A stretch of 64,000 nucleotides of DNA from Azolla caroliniana. Taxonomy: Eukaryota; Plantae; Polypodiophyta. Position 1 is the first letter of the stretch. Every line of letters starts with the position of its first letter. The notes beneath the pieces were generated by a model, which saw only the letters and a program-made list of their open reading frames with translations, did not search any database and was not told the DNA's origin. The position numbers were made by a program, and so were the translations under genes. Shown here one piece after another: positions 49,702 to 62,849 of the stretch. The stretch lies in contig JBHGNT010000001.1 in assembly GCA_043228905.1 (NCBI GenBank), positions 16,926,001-16,990,000 on the forward strand, written 5' to 3'.

Positions 49702-52700
49702 TGTTGGGATTACGGTCCCTTCGGATGGGATGGTCGGATCCGGTTGTCGGTTTCGGATCCGGATGACGAAGACCCCAGTTTCGGTACCGGATGACGAATG
49801 TACCCGGAGAGCGATCCGGATGCAGGGACATATCCGTGAATATGTTCGCTATGGGCCCCTGAGGCTACAGTTGTAAATAGCCCAAAGTCATATGAGTATA
49901 AATATGACTTAGGGCAAACTGTTTTGTTGTTGCTTCTCATTTTTCTGTTTTTTCCACTCAAGAGGAGTGAAGAGTAAGCAGCCGTGAGAGAGAGAGAGAG
50001 AGAGATAGAGCGCGAGAGAGGAAGAGGACGACGCCTCTGTGTATTTCCGCCGCCTGTGGCGAGGACAGCGAGCTCAAGGTTGTCGCCTTGGAGCTCGTCA
50101 TTGTATACTTCTCTTTGTATAGTGTTGTTTGGAGTCTTGTACTCCCGTGGTTTTTCCCATCTAGGGTTTTCCACGTTAATCACTGTGTACTCGTGTATTT
50201 CTCTTTTGGTTCCTATTTTCTGCTCCATTGATCCGCAATTACTCGGGTGTGGCCGACTGAAGAAGGTGAATCGAAGCGTTGATTCTCAACAAACTGGTAT
50301 CAGAGCGACTGTTGCAGAAAATGGAAGGCGGCGGCAGCGGGCAGCCGGGGATGATGGTGCTGAACGCACAGAATTACGCCGACTGGAAGATCAAGATGGA
50401 GGATCTTCTGATTGTTCGGGACCTGTACGAACCGATTGACAGGTCGGAAATACCGAAGGGGGTACTTGAGTCGGAGTGGAAGCTCCTGAACCGGAAAGCC
50501 GTAGCGACGATCCGACAATATGTCGATGTAAGCGTCCTACAACATGTGGCGAACGACACCAACGCATATGAAATGTGGAAGAAGCTGTCGGGCCTCTACG
50601 AGAGGAAGAATGCGTTGAACCGGACCTCCCTGATGAGGAAGATTGTGAATCTCAAGTACCGGGACGGCGAGAGTATGGTGGAACACGTAAGCACGTTCAT
50701 GGGATTCGTGAATCAGCTTGCGGCGATCAAGTTCCCGCTGGAGGATGCAATGCAAGCCATCATCTTGATGTGTACATTGCCGGACAGCTGGGAGAACTTG
50801 GTGGTGACTCTCAGCACCTCCTGCACCGAAGATAACTTGTCCTTGCAAACGGTAAAGACAAGTATCTTGAACGAAGAAGCGCGTCGGAGAGACAAGGAAC
50901 CGGCCTCCGAACCGAAGATGCTATTTACCGAATCGGATCGGGGAAGACAATGGAACCGGAGTCCGCAAAGACGGGAGAAGTCGGGGACCCGGTCGCAGTC
51001 AAGAGGAAGGCCCACACGCTTCCACTGTGGGAAGCCGGGGCACTTCCGAAAGAACTGTCGGCATTACCGAAAAGACAACGGAGCCGACGACACCGATTCG
51101 AAGAAGTCACCGGAGAGAAACGGTGCATACCGGGGAGCCACGGACCGGAGAGGTTCGGATCGGCGAGGGCAGGACCGGAAAGGAACGACGGCACTCGCGG
51201 CAAGTGAAGAAGAAATCATGCTCATCACCGAAGAAGGTGAGCTAAACATTGCCGGCGATGAGACGACCTGGGTGGTCGATTCCGGAGCATCGTTCCACCT
51301 GACCCCGGAGAGAAGATACTTCTCATCCTACACAGCCGGGGAGCATGGCTGCGTTCGGATGGGAAACGAAGGTACGTGCCGGATTGCCGGCATAGGAGAC
51401 GTGTGGTTGACAACCCCGACCGGATGCAAAATGCTGCTGAAGAATGTCCGACACGTTCCGGAGGTCCGACTGAACCTGATTTCGGCCGGGAGGCTAGATG
51501 ATGAAGGCTACACGGGTAGCATCCGGAACGGTGTCATGAAGTTCAGCAAGGGGAGCTTGATAGTGGCTCGGGCCCGGAAGGTCAACACACTGTACCTGAT
51601 GAATGCCTGGTTATGTCCGGAAGAGCTGAATGTGGCAGCCGACACTGCCGGTGAGCTGTGGCACAAAAGACTGTGCCACATGAGTACGAAGGGGATGAAG
51701 AGGCTTGCAGAAGACAACCTTATTCCGGTGAAGCATGTGCACCTGGAGAAGTGCACCGACTGCCTGGCCGGTAAGCAGAACCGAACCTCCTTCCACTCAA
51801 GGCCACCGACGAGACGTAGCGCACCATTGGAGTTGGTGCACACCGACGTGTGTCAGGTAGAAACGAAGTCACATGGCGGAGCCCAGTACTTCGTAACATT
51901 CATCGATGATCATAGCCGAAAACTGTGGACGGCTCCGATGAAGACAAAGGACCAAGTGTTGTGCGTCTTCAAAGATCTCCACGCGAGAGTGGAAAGGGAA
52001 TCCGGCAAGAAGCTGAAAGCGATACGAGCGGATAACGGAGGGGAATACCGGGGGCAGTTCCAGGAGTACTGTCGCTCGAAGGGAATCCGGCTCGAGTTTA
52101 CTGTGCCGAAGACGCCGGAACTGAACGGGCTGGCCGAGAGGATGAACCGGACCATAATGGAGAGGGTCCGGAGTATGCTGGCGCATGCGAAATTACCCAA
52201 GGGATTTTGGGCTGAGGCAATGTCGACGGCGACATATGTGATAAACAGATCACCCTCAGTACCTTTGGACGGAGACACGCCGCAGAGAGTGTGGACCGGT
52301 AGGGAAGTATCCTACCGGCATCTGAAGGTGTTCGGGTGTCTCGCATACGTGCATGTGGCAAAGGACCGGAGAGGGAAGCTAGATCCAAAGACCCGGCCAT
52401 GCATATTCCTCGGTTACGGCGACGACGAGTTCGGCTACCGAGTATGGGACCCGGTCGACAAGAAGATATTCAGGAGTCGAGACATCATCTTCATGGAGGA
52501 CAAGACACTCGCCGACTTGGAGTCGGAGAAGAAGATGAAGAGCTCCAAGTCGACCGGTGAGGATAAACTCTACGAGGAGCAGTCCCGACCGGAAAGGGAC
52601 CGGTTAGCACTCGAGGATCCGGCCGAAGACGGTGAAGAAAGAGAACCGGCCGAGGAAGATGAAAATGATACCGGAACCGTTCCCGATCCCGAAATGGATT

Positions 52701-54997
52701 CGGATGAAGAAGAAGAATCAGAAGAACAGGTTACCGAAGCTCCGGAACGGAGATATCCTCTAAGAGAGAGAAGGGCCCCCCGGAGATTTCCGGAACCAGA
52801 GCACGTGCTGCTAACCGACGAAGGGGAGCCGGAGAGCTTTGAAGAAGCAAAGCATGACACCCAGAGCCGCAGGTGGTTGAGTGCCATGCAGGACGAGATG
52901 GATTCCCTGCATGAGAACCACACATATGAACTTGTGGAGTTGCCGAAAGGAAAACGGGCACTCCGTAACAAGTGGGTGTTCAAGCTGAAACCGGGAGATG
53001 CCGGAAACCCCCCGAGATACAAAGCCAGGATCGTGGTGAAGGGGTTTCAGCAGAAGAAGGGCGTCGACTTCGACGAGATATTTGCCCCGGTAGTGAAGAT
53101 GACCTCTATCCGGACGGTGCTGAGCATAGCGGCAAGCATGGACCTCGAGGTAGAACAGATGGACGTGAAGACGGCATTCCTTCACGGTGACCTCGATGAA
53201 GAGATCTACATGCAGCAACCGGAAGGATTCGAGAAGAAAGGGAAGGAGCACCTGGTATGCCGGTTGAAGAAGAGCCTTTACGGACTGAAGCAGGCTCCCC
53301 GGCAATGGTACCGGAAGTTCGATTCCTTCATGACCGACGAAGGGTACCTCAAAACGCAGTCCGACCACTGCGTGTTTGTGAAGAAGTTCGAAGGAGGAGA
53401 CTCTCTAATACTCCTCCTGTACGTGGACGACATGTTGATCGTCGGACGGGACCAGGTCAAGATACGGATGCTGAAGAAGGCTCTTCACCGAACCTTCTCA
53501 ATGAAGGACCTGGGTCCGGCGAGGCAAATACTAGGGATGCACATCATCCGGGACCGGAAGAAGAAGCAGTTGGGTCTGTCACAGGAGAAGTACGTGACGA
53601 AGGTGCTTCACCGGTTCAACATGTCGGAAGCGAGACCGGTCGGATCGACCCTCCCGACAAACTGCAAGCTGACCAGCAAGCAAAGTCCCAAGACAAAGGC
53701 TGAAAAGGAGGATATGATGGAAGTGCCGTATGCCTCAGCCGTCGGGAGCTTGATGTACGCCATGGTGTGTACGAGACCGGACATAGGATATGCAGTCGGA
53801 GTGGTGAGCCGGTACATGAGCAATCCCGGCAAAGAGCACTGGAACGCGGTCAAGTGGATACTCCGATACCTGAAGGGCACGGCAAACGTGTGCCTCCGAT
53901 TCGGCTCCGGTAAGCCCGAACTCGAAGGCTTTACTGATTCTGATATGTCGGCTGATGCAGATACCAGCCGGTCCACATCAGGGTATGTGATGACGTATGC
54001 AGGGGGAGCTGTTTCGTGGCAGTCGAGGCTGCAGAAGACGGTTGCGTTGTCAACCACGGAGGCGGAGTACATGGCGGCTGTTGAAGCCGGCAAGGAAATA
54101 ATATGGATGAAGGACTTCATTAGAGAGCTCGGTATCCGGCAGGAGGAGTACCGACTCTACTGCGACAGTCAGAGTGCAATCCACCTTGCAAAGAACGCGG
54201 CCTATCACTCCCGGACGAAGCACATCCAGCGAAGATATCACTGGATCCGGGAAAGGATAGAAGACAAGGAGTTCGTGCTGACGAAGATCCACACGGACGA
54301 GAACGGGTCGGATATGCTGACCAAGGTGCTCACACCCGACAAGCTGGAAGCGTGCCGGAAGAGGATCGGATTGGAGAAACATCCCATGCCGAAGTGAAGG
54401 GGGAGTTTGTTGGGATTACGGTCCCTTCGGATGGGATGGTCGGATCCGGTTGTCGGTTTCGGATCCGGATGACGAAGACCCCAGTTTCGGTACCGGATGA
54501 CGAATGTACCCGGAGAGCGATCCGGATGCAGGGACATATCCGTGAATATGTTCGCTATGGGCCCCTGAGGCTACAGTTGTAAATAGCCCAAAGTCATATG
54601 AGTATAAATATGACTTAGGGCAAACTGTTTTGTTGTTGCTTCTCATTTTTCTGTTTTTTCCACTCAAGAGGAGTGAAGAGTAAGCAGCCGTGAGAGAGAG
54701 AGAGAGAGAGATAGAGCGCGAGAGAGGAAGAGGACGACGCCTCTGTGTATTTCCGCCGCCTGTGGCGAGGACAGCGAGCTCAAGGTTGTCGCCTTGGAGC
54801 TCGTCATTGTATACTTCTCTTTGTATAGTGTTGTTTGGAGTCTTGTACTCCCGTGGTTTTTCCCATCTAGGGTTTTCCACGTTAATCACTGTGTACTCGT
54901 GTATTTCTCTTTTGGTTCCTATTTTCTGCTCCATTGATCCGCAATTACTCGGGTGTGGCCGACTGAAGAAGGTGAATCGAAGCGTTGATTCTCAACA
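49702..54997 (+). mobile_element. Intact young Ty1/copia element I (Tnt1/Tork-like), TSD GCTTG
   Basis: 590-bp LTRs at 49702-50291 and 54408-54997 with no difference seen by eye; PBS-iMet TGGTATCAGAGC at 50295; PPT GAAGGGGGAG; single uninterrupted ORF. Confidence 0.98.
50321..54397 (+). CDS. Gag-Pol polyprotein (gag, protease, integrase, RT, RNase H), 1358 aa
   Basis: WVVDSGAS, WHKRLCH..CTDC, VHTDVC/RADNGGEY/NGLAER, YVDDML, FTDSD..TEAEY..CDSQSA..SDMLTK. Confidence 0.97.
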   Translation: MEGGGSGQPGMMVLNAQNYADWKIKMEDLLIVRDLYEPIDRSEIPKGVLESEWKLLNRKAVATIRQYVDVSVLQHVANDTNAYEMWKKLSGLYERKNALNRTSLMRKIVNLKYRDGESMVEHVSTFMGFVNQLAAIKFPLEDAMQAIILMCTLPDSWENLVVTLSTSCTEDNLSLQTVKTSILNEEARRRDKEPASEPKMLFTESDRGRQWNRSPQRREKSGTRSQSRGRPTRFHCGKPGHFRKNCRHYRKDNGADDTDSKKSPERNGAYRGATDRRGSDRRGQDRKGTTALAASEEEIMLITEEGELNIAGDETTWVVDSGASFHLTPERRYFSSYTAGEHGCVRMGNEGTCRIAGIGDVWLTTPTGCKMLLKNVRHVPEVRLNLISAGRLDDEGYTGSIRNGVMKFSKGSLIVARARKVNTLYLMNAWLCPEELNVAADTAGELWHKRLCHMSTKGMKRLAEDNLIPVKHVHLEKCTDCLAGKQNRTSFHSRPPTRRSAPLELVHTDVCQVETKSHGGAQYFVTFIDDHSRKLWTAPMKTKDQVLCVFKDLHARVERESGKKLKAIRADNGGEYRGQFQEYCRSKGIRLEFTVPKTPELNGLAERMNRTIMERVRSMLAHAKLPKGFWAEAMSTATYVINRSPSVPLDGDTPQRVWTGREVSYRHLKVFGCLAYVHVAKDRRGKLDPKTRPCIFLGYGDDEFGYRVWDPVDKKIFRSRDIIFMEDKTLADLESEKKMKSSKSTGEDKLYEEQSRPERDRLALEDPAEDGEEREPAEEDENDTGTVPDPEMDSDEEEESEEQVTEAPERRYPLRERRAPRRFPEPEHVLLTDEGEPESFEEAKHDTQSRRWLSAMQDEMDSLHENHTYELVELPKGKRALRNKWVFKLKPGDAGNPPRYKARIVVKGFQQKKGVDFDEIFAPVVKMTSIRTVLSIAASMDLEVEQMDVKTAFLHGDLDEEIYMQQPEGFEKKGKEHLVCRLKKSLYGLKQAPRQWYRKFDSFMTDEGYLKTQSDHCVFVKKFEGGDSLILLLYVDDMLIVGRDQVKIRMLKKALHRTFSMKDLGPARQILGMHIIRDRKKKQLGLSQEKYVTKVLHRFNMSEARPVGSTLPTNCKLTSKQSPKTKAEKEDMMEVPYASAVGSLMYAMVCTRPDIGYAVGVVSRYMSNPGKEHWNAVKWILRYLKGTANVCLRFGSGKPELEGFTDSDMSADADTSRSTSGYVMTYAGGAVSWQSRLQKTVALSTTEAEYMAAVEAGKEIIWMKDFIRELGIRQEEYRLYCDSQSAIHLAKNAAYHSRTKHIQRRYHWIRERIEDKEFVLTKIHTDENGSDMLTKVLTPDKLEACRKRIGLEKHPMPK

Positions 54998-55447
54998 GCT
55001 TGGTACTAAGCAGCGAGCAGAGTGCTATATTGATTGCGTCCTATTTGCACGGCCAGATGTTGGGCTACATCAGAGATGCAAAAATGCCAAAGGAGGCCTG
55101 GGAAAATCTGAAAAAGATTTTCTCTGCAAATACCACGGCCTGGAAGTTGCAACTCTCATAAGAGCTCAACAATATCCAGCAAAGGGACATGTCAATCGCC
55201 GACTACACCACCAAAATAAAGGATACCTACGATGCCCCAGGATGTGTCATTGTGATGGTGGATGAAGATGAAATGTTACAGATCTGTCTCGGTGGTCTAG
55301 TGCAAAGGTACATGCCAACCCGGAAGACAATATGCACACGGGAGAAGCCAATGTCCTTCTTTGACTTGCAATCGATGTTGATGGTGAAAGAAAACCACGC
55401 AAGTGGGCCGAGGACCACTCAATCAGACAACTGGATGTTGTACAGGG

Positions 55448-58400
55448 AAAAGTTTTCTTCTTCTTCTGTCGTCTCCTCCTGTTGTCGCTCAAGCATCGCA
55501 TCTTCTTTAACTCTTGGATGACATTGTCTTTGTGATCCAGCAATGCTCCTATCTAGGTCTTGGCGAGTTTAATGCAGTCTTCCATCTTTTTCACATTTTC
55601 CTTGGCTTTGGTTGCTCCGTCATTTGCCTCTTCGACCTTCTTCTTTGTCTCACACAATTGATCGCTTAGTTGTTCATCGGGTGCATGCATATGGGTTTCG
55701 GCCTGCTTTACCTTTTCCTCTACTTGTCGGAGCCTCTCCGACAAGTCAGCATTGTCCTTCGTTGTTGTCAAATATTGAGCATGTAATCGACTACCTATTG
55801 TCGTGTGGCCTTTTTGCACGCTTTGGCCATGTCCCGTGCAACCTTGTTCATTCGCACATATTCTGGATGGACTTCTACCAAAGCCGTGTTCCATGGAGGC
55901 ATCTGAATTGCCTCTCCCCTATACTTGGCAGTCCTTTGTCGACCGATTCGATCCAACTCCAGTTGTTCCTCTGGCTCGATTGCGCAGATCATGGCCCTTT
56001 GAATCATGATTCAATCCTTGTGTTCTTGGGCTAGCATGTCAAATGCATACTGTAAGTGTTAGGTTGGCCATTCAACAAGTTCGTAAGATGTGCCGAACTG
56101 TAGAATCATTGCCAACTCATGTGCCGCTAGTGGAAATTCTGGTAATCCCAATACTTCGTTGGGGATCATCTAATATGATTTCCCCTTTTCTAGACGACTC
56201 GTGTCAGTTGGATTGACACGCGTATCATTTTCTGTTTGTTGTGCTAAGTGTGCTAGCGACTGTTGTTCCTCGACCCGCTACCTCTTCGTTGTTTGGGTGT
56301 CTTTTTCTATTTGTTGAAATCTCCGACTCTTCTGCTTCGTTTGGAATGTAGGTGGTTGTGGTTGATTCTCATCCTCAAAAGTTGGGGTCGATTCCTAGGT
56401 AGGTTGGGTTTGTGGAATCGGCTCCTAAACTAGTTGTCACTGGGGATTCAACGTCATTATTGGCTCCATTACCAGGGTTTCTGAGTTCGGAATTGGCTCT
56501 AGCTCTTGCTGGGGTTCAGCTTCCGATTGTCGAGTTGGTTCCAACTCTTGGGTGTCAACGGTTAGCGGCTCCGGTTCTTGCCATTCTTGATGTGGCACTT
56601 CCCTCTAGGCCCTCGATGTCGACTCTGGTTGCCCTCTTTCCTTCCTCGAGATCTTATGCCTACTCTCCGTACTTGGTGTCGGGCAGAGTAACGTGAGCCA
56701 TCGACCGAAAATGGGCTTCATTGGTTTTCCCTTCTGCACCCCTTTCAATTGGTTCCGCAGTGCTTCCCCTGTTAGGTACCTACCAGTCGATTGTGTCCCC
56801 TTCATATGTGGCGATAATAAATCATGCCCTTTGCTTGGGGATGTAGTAGAACTAGGGATTCACGAAAGCCACTTCTAGCACAAATTTGGCAACTTCCTGG
56901 AATAGTTCGTCTTTACAGCCCTGTGTTTTATAAGCTTTGGCCGATGGCGAATACTTGCCGAAATATGACATTAGCACTTCTGGTTCAGTGGATCCATACC
57001 ATCGGACCCTTCCCTTTTATGATTCAGAAATCGGCGTACCTGTTTATTGGTGATTTTGGCGATGTCGATTTGATTCACGATTTTTGCAACGCGGGGATGG
57101 GGTTCAACATCTGGAAAACCTAAGATATCCTTGCAGTCCCTTTTTGTGCAACCATTGAAGAAGTCTGTCAGATACAGGGATCAACATGGTTTTGTCTTCA
57201 GTGATGTTTGAGCTGTCAGTGATTGTTGAAGAATAGTGAAAGCTTCGGTCTCTTTGCCAGTTGTCGAAAGAAGAAGCATGAAAACTCTGTGCTCTGTGTG
57301 CTCGAAAACATTTGTGTTGTTGTGAAGAACAGAATGTAGAGGACAAGTTTTTGGAGAAGAGTTGGGCCATTTTTCGAGGGTTTTAATAAATAGGAATATA
57401 CTATTAATGGCAAAGCTAGTATGAATATAGTAATAATAGCTTTTAATAGCTACCACTCGGCATGAGTACTAAATGATTAATTGGCCTATCCATTTATAGT
57501 CTGAAAAGGACAATGCCAAGAAGTCATCATAACAAGAATCAATTTCTGTTATATTTTTGCCAAGTATTTTTTTTTAAAAAAATAATATTTACACTTTTGG
57601 CCCCTTGCCACGTCACTGAGTGGTTGGCAAATTGTTGATGTCGACGCCGACTCCAAATGGAATTTCCGACATTGGTCCTTGATAAGGCTTGAGTTGGAAC
57701 CCATTTACCCATTTCGGCAGAATTTCACCAGTTAATGTACCGACTTGATATGTACCATCTTAGATGTCGACTATCCAAAATGGTCCTTTCCACCGCAATC
57801 GAAATTGACCTGGCATTGAACCCATCTTTGTTTGGAATACCAACACTGACTTGCCGACTTCAAACATATTTTCCTTTTGTTTCCGGTTTCGGTCAACAAA
57901 TGCCTTGGTTTATCTTTGTTTTTGCTCTAGTCCACACATGGCTTGAAGCCGACTGTCCTCCAATACCAACAATTGTTCCTTCCTCATTCGTTTCGACTAT
58001 GCTTCATCTAATCTCTCGATGATCGGACCTTGTATTGTCAGAATTTGGAATTCGACTGGCATTATAACTTCTAGTCCGAATGCCACCAAAATGGGGTTGA
58101 TTTGTTAATTGTCTTGTATGAAGTCTGGTATACCCATAAAGCACTATGAAACTTCTGGTCCCAATCAATTTTATTCTCGTTAACTATTTCTCTCAGAATC
58201 ATCTGTAAGGTTTTGTTTGTTGATTCTGCCAATCCATTGGCTTGAGGATAGTACAGAGTACTTCTTTTATGTACCACTGCATAATAAGTGGATAACTCAT
58301 GTACAATTTTATTTATAAAATGAGTACCCTGATCACTTACTAGTTCAATTGGGAAACCGAATCAACACCATCTGAATTCATAGAGAAATTTAATTGTTGA

Positions 58401-58789
58401 TGCCGTTGTGTTGTCCCGAAGAGCTTTCGCTTCAACCCATTTGGTACAGTAGTCGATGCCAACTATAATATATTGATTTCCGGTTCGTGCAACGGCTGGT
58501 TTCAATGGCCCGACAATGTCGAGACCCCATTTTTGAAATGGCTCCAAAGATAATAACAGATGATGCGGCAACCTATCTTTTTCTCTGGGTTGGCCGATTT
58601 GCTAACATAAATTGCACTGTCGACAATAGTTGATGACATCTTTTGACGTAGTCAGCCACCACAGGCTGCTATTCCAAATTTTCCTTGCCGTCGTTTCTCC
58701 TACATAATGACTGCCAACAATACCGCAATGGGCCTTCCGAGGAACTGCTTCCTTCTCATATTGTTGAACCTTCCGCCGCCATATGTCGT
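55448..58789 (-). mobile_element. Degenerate gypsy J1: integrase followed by additional coiled-coil ORF remnants
   Basis: [26 protein letters not shown] and ANGLAESTNK closely resemble element A; downstream ORF pieces lie at 55448-57250. Confidence 0.82.
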
Positions 58790-60530
58790 TGTTGTTCGGT
58801 TGAAAATTGTTATTTTGCCGACACAGTATAAGACGAACGTTCGTCTCAAACGTTCTATCAAAAAGTTGTGGTTAGACGAATAGATACAAATTAGTTGTAA
58901 CTTATCGGTGATAACAGACATCGAGATCGTGACTTAGGTAATATAGCTTAGGCAGAAATAACTAGATGACAAGAAGCAATCCGTACACCGAGATTCCATA
59001 ACCAAACTTTATATTACTAAATACAACGATAGATTTTTACAATGCCTTTGGTTCCTTTTATAGGTACCCCGAAGGTCTTTTCTCATCAAGAAATCCTACT
59101 GCTTATACTTAGCAAGAATTACAAAACTTCGTAACTAACTATATCCTATTCGGTTTTCTGCTGAGTCATCGATCCAAACTGTCAATCCGACTCCGACTCC
59201 AACTCCAAACATCTTTCCGATTCCGACACATTCATACTTGTCCGGGTAACACTTGGCATAACTGTGCGTTAGGACGTTGTCTGGCGAACCCATAGGACCC
59301 CTCTACTCCTACTGCTCTAAGGAAAGATCTTCCTCCATCTCCAAATCCTCGTCTGCGTCGTCTTGCAAAATGTAGAATAATGAGGGTTCTGCCTCCTGTG
59401 CTGCCATGCCTTCCTTGTCTTCGTCTTCATCTTCGGTATCCTCCCTGTTGTTGTTTTCTGTTCAGGTTCCTTCCGTCGATGGTCTTGGCTCCGCTTTTGT
59501 TCCTACTTCCGGTGCCTTGAGTCCAAGTGTTTTGGTGACTCTTTCGGCTTCGATATTGTCTAACTCGACGGATGTCTCGACATCATGCTTGTCGAATTCC
59601 TGCATGATTCGGTTAATTTCTTCTTTAAAATAAGCCGCCATGTCGTATACATCCTTAGCAATATTTTCCTGAATTGTGGTCATTGCTTCTTCCGACATCT
59701 TGCGGAAGCCTTTGCCTTGAACTTTCCTATTTTCTCTGTCGGCTCTTAATAGCTGAAGCTCCGCGGCTTGTGCCGACCATGTTTGCCAACCCTTCTCCAG
59801 CGATTCATTGACCAAGTTTAAGGTTTTAATTCGGTGACGTCTAATGATTGCTTGAACCCTGTCCTGAGTCATTCTAGCCTCAAACTGTGTTGTTGCCAAT
59901 GCTTTCCGTAAATCAATGATTACCACATTGGTATGCCCTTCTGCCTGCATCAATTTAGCTTGTGCTACTAAGAGGTCAAGTCGTCGTTTCTTAGAGACTG
60001 TGTTTGAATTTCTGCACATCGGTTTTCCAGCTTCGCTTTCTCTTCATTCTAGTTGTTCTACTGTTGAATAATTTTTCCGTTGATTTTGTCTATCAGTTTG
60101 TCCTTACCAGCCAACTGTGTTGTAAAACAAGTCTCTTTGCTCTTGACATAGTCTTCCAGTTCCTCGACTTGTTGCCTTGTAGGCTCTTGCTGTTGGGCTA
60201 ACTGTTGGCATAAATCTAGTATTACATTATCCTTTTCCCCTAAACATCTATCGGTCATCGTTTTTGCTGACTGTAATCGAGCCTCCATTTCCCTGAACCG
60301 GTCCTCAGTCCTTTCCGCCTTCATTTCGGCCTCTCTTCGTGCTTGTTCGGCTTGGTACAACCTCTTTTGTAATTCCAAATCTGTCTGCAAAGGTTGTCTT
60401 CGTGACTCTGGCTGGAATATCTATTCTCTCGGTTTTTCTAGAGCCACCTGTTCTTCTTGCAGTTTATTTTTCAATTGCTGATTTTCTGCCTGCATTTGTT
60501 TATATTGTGCATTAAGCACATCTGCAATTG
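58790..60530 (-). mobile_element. 3' end of gypsy J2: additional ORF plus 462-bp 3' LTR (59251-58790), inserted in the integrase of J1
   Basis: LTR TGTTAC...CAACA on the minus strand; ORF 59462..60019 is homologous to 5449..6030. Confidence 0.8.
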
Positions 60531-60534
60531 TTGT

Positions 60535-62848
60535 AGCCTAGAGGCAAGCATCCTAAATGAGGAGGGAAGGAGGAAAGACAAAGGAGTCCTGTCCCAAACA
60601 GAGTCGAATTTGACTCAACACATGGACAGAGGAAGAGACCGGCGAAGAAGAAGTCCGTAGCGAACGGACAAATGCCACACCAGATCGGAGTCCAGAGGTA
60701 AGCATGTGTGCTTTTATTGTGGAAAACCTGGACACTTCCAGAAGAACTACCGACAGATGAGAAAAGACAAGAGTGTCGGAAATAATATCGAATCCTGGAA
60801 AATTCCAAATGAAAAGAACACTTCGGCCATTGCTACTAGCATTGAGGAACTTCTGTTCATTTGTGAATAGACAAGTGCAAACCTTGCAAGCAAAGAGTGC
60901 ACTTGGGTGATTGATTCCGGCGCATCCTTCCATATTACTCCGTCGAGAGAGTATTTCTCGACTTACATAGTCGGGGATCATGGCTATGTAAAGATGGGTG
61001 ATAGTGGAGAGTGCAAGATAACCGGAGTCGGAAGTGTGTGCTTAACGACGTCGACAGGGTGTCGACTAACGTTGAAGGATGTTCGACACGTCCCTGATAT
61101 CAGATTGAATCTGATATCAACTAGAAGGTTTGATGACGAAGGCTACAGTGGTAGTTTTCGGAATGGCAAGTGGAAGTTCTCCCGAGGAAATCTCATAGTG
61201 GCACTAGCACAGAAAGAAGGCTCATTGTACATGATGCATGCCTGATTGTGCAAATCGGGAGTAAACGTGGTAGCCGACTTGGCAGGGGAGATATGGCATA
61301 AGAGGCTAGGCCACATGAGTGAGAAGGGAATGCACCTGTTAGTAGACTAGAAACTTCTATCAGAAGTCAAGGGAGTGCACCTGGAGAAGTGTGTCAACTT
61401 CTTAGCTGGAAAGCAGAACAGGGTGGCATTCCACACGAGACCACCAAAGGATCAGAGGTCAAAGCTCGAAAGCAAGTCGAAAGCATGCATATTCATGGGA
61501 TACTCGGAAGATGAGTTCGGCTACAGGCTGTGGGACCTAGTCGACAAGAAGGTAGTGACAAGTCAGGATGTAGTCTTTCTAGAAGACAAGACAATTGAAG
61601 ACTGGAAGCAACAGAAGTCGGAACCGACTCCCCAGTCAATCTCGACTACCATCGACTTAAGGCCAAGTGAGTCCTCACCGGCAGCTGTAAGGAGACAGCT
61701 GGCCGACAGAGTCGAATCCGAGTCAGTCGACTCGGAAAGACCGACAGACTATGAGTCAGAGTCGGCAGAGCTGCTAAAATCAATTGAGGAATATGAGTTG
61801 GAGTTGTCCAACCTGGAGATGCGGATTGATGAGCAGAATCTCGAGCAAAGAGAAGAGTTCGCAGAGACATCCGGAAAAGAGCCAACAATGAGTGGACGAA
61901 GGTACCCACTGAGTGAAAGGAAGGCACCGACTACATATGCCAGTCAATACATCCTCTTGACTGATGACGGTGAACCGGAGTGCTATGAAGAAGCCATCGC
62001 TGACGAGAGCAGAGAAAAATGGCTGAATGCGATGCAAGAGGAGATGGAATCCTTCCACGCGAATTACACCTACGACCTAGTAGAGTTGCCGAAAGGTAAG
62101 AGAGCACTCAGGAATAAATGGGTCTACAAGGTGAAGACTTGAGAAGTCGACAATGAGCCTAGGTATAAAGCCCGCATAGTGGTGAAGGTTTTCCAACAGA
62201 GGAAGGGCATCGACTTTGACAAAATATTCGCACCAGTCGTGAAGATGACATCTATACGAACTGTTCTGAGCATAGCGGCCAGCATGGATCTAGAGATCGA
62301 ACAATTGGATGTCAAAACCACATTTCTGCACGGGGAGCTAGAAGAAGAAATCTACATGCAGCAACCTGAAGGCTTTGAGGAAAAAGAGAAAGAGAATCCG
62401 GTGTGTCGACTGAGGAAAAGCTTGTACGGTCTGAAATAAGCTCCACACCAATGGTACAAGAAATTTGAGTCCTTCATGATGGAATATCGGTTCCAGAAAA
62501 CACAAGCCGATCACTATGTGTTCGTCAAAAGGTACGAGAAGGAGATTTCTTGATTCTCTTGCTATATGTTGATGATATGTTGATAGTCGGTCAAGACACA
62601 AGGAAGATTGGAAGCTTGAAGAAAGCTCTCGGCAAATCATTTGCCATGAAAGACCTTGGACCGGCAAAGCAAATCCTAGGAATGCACATAACCCGAGATA
62701 GAGCTCGGAAGGTGCTATGGTTGTCACAATAGAAGTATGTGACGAAGATCCTAGAGAGGTTCAACATGTCAGATGCAAAGTCGGTCTGCTCTGTGTTGCC
62801 GACAAATTGCAGACTAAATGCGAAGCAGTGTCCGAAGGGACAAAAGCG
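60535..62848 (+). pseudogene. Internal fragment of copia K (gag end, protease, integrase with core deleted, RT)
   Basis: WVIDSGASFH, the deletion junction HTRPP|KDQRSKL, and LLYVDDML. Confidence 0.88.
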
Positions 62849-62849
62849 T

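Larger units (their letters stand above)
42250..55447 (+). mobile_element. 5' part of copia H (C/E family): partial LTR, PBS ~42537, leader and gag (MDRGMASSLL..), split by elements G and I
   Basis: Gag at 49534-49701 continues at 55003-55447 and matches gag of E. Confidence 0.8.

Noticed and set aside
49710-54934. Numerous antisense and overlapping ORFs, including identical 172-aa ORFs
   Set aside because: These are shadow frames of GC-rich pol and of the duplicated LTRs, with no recognisable motifs.
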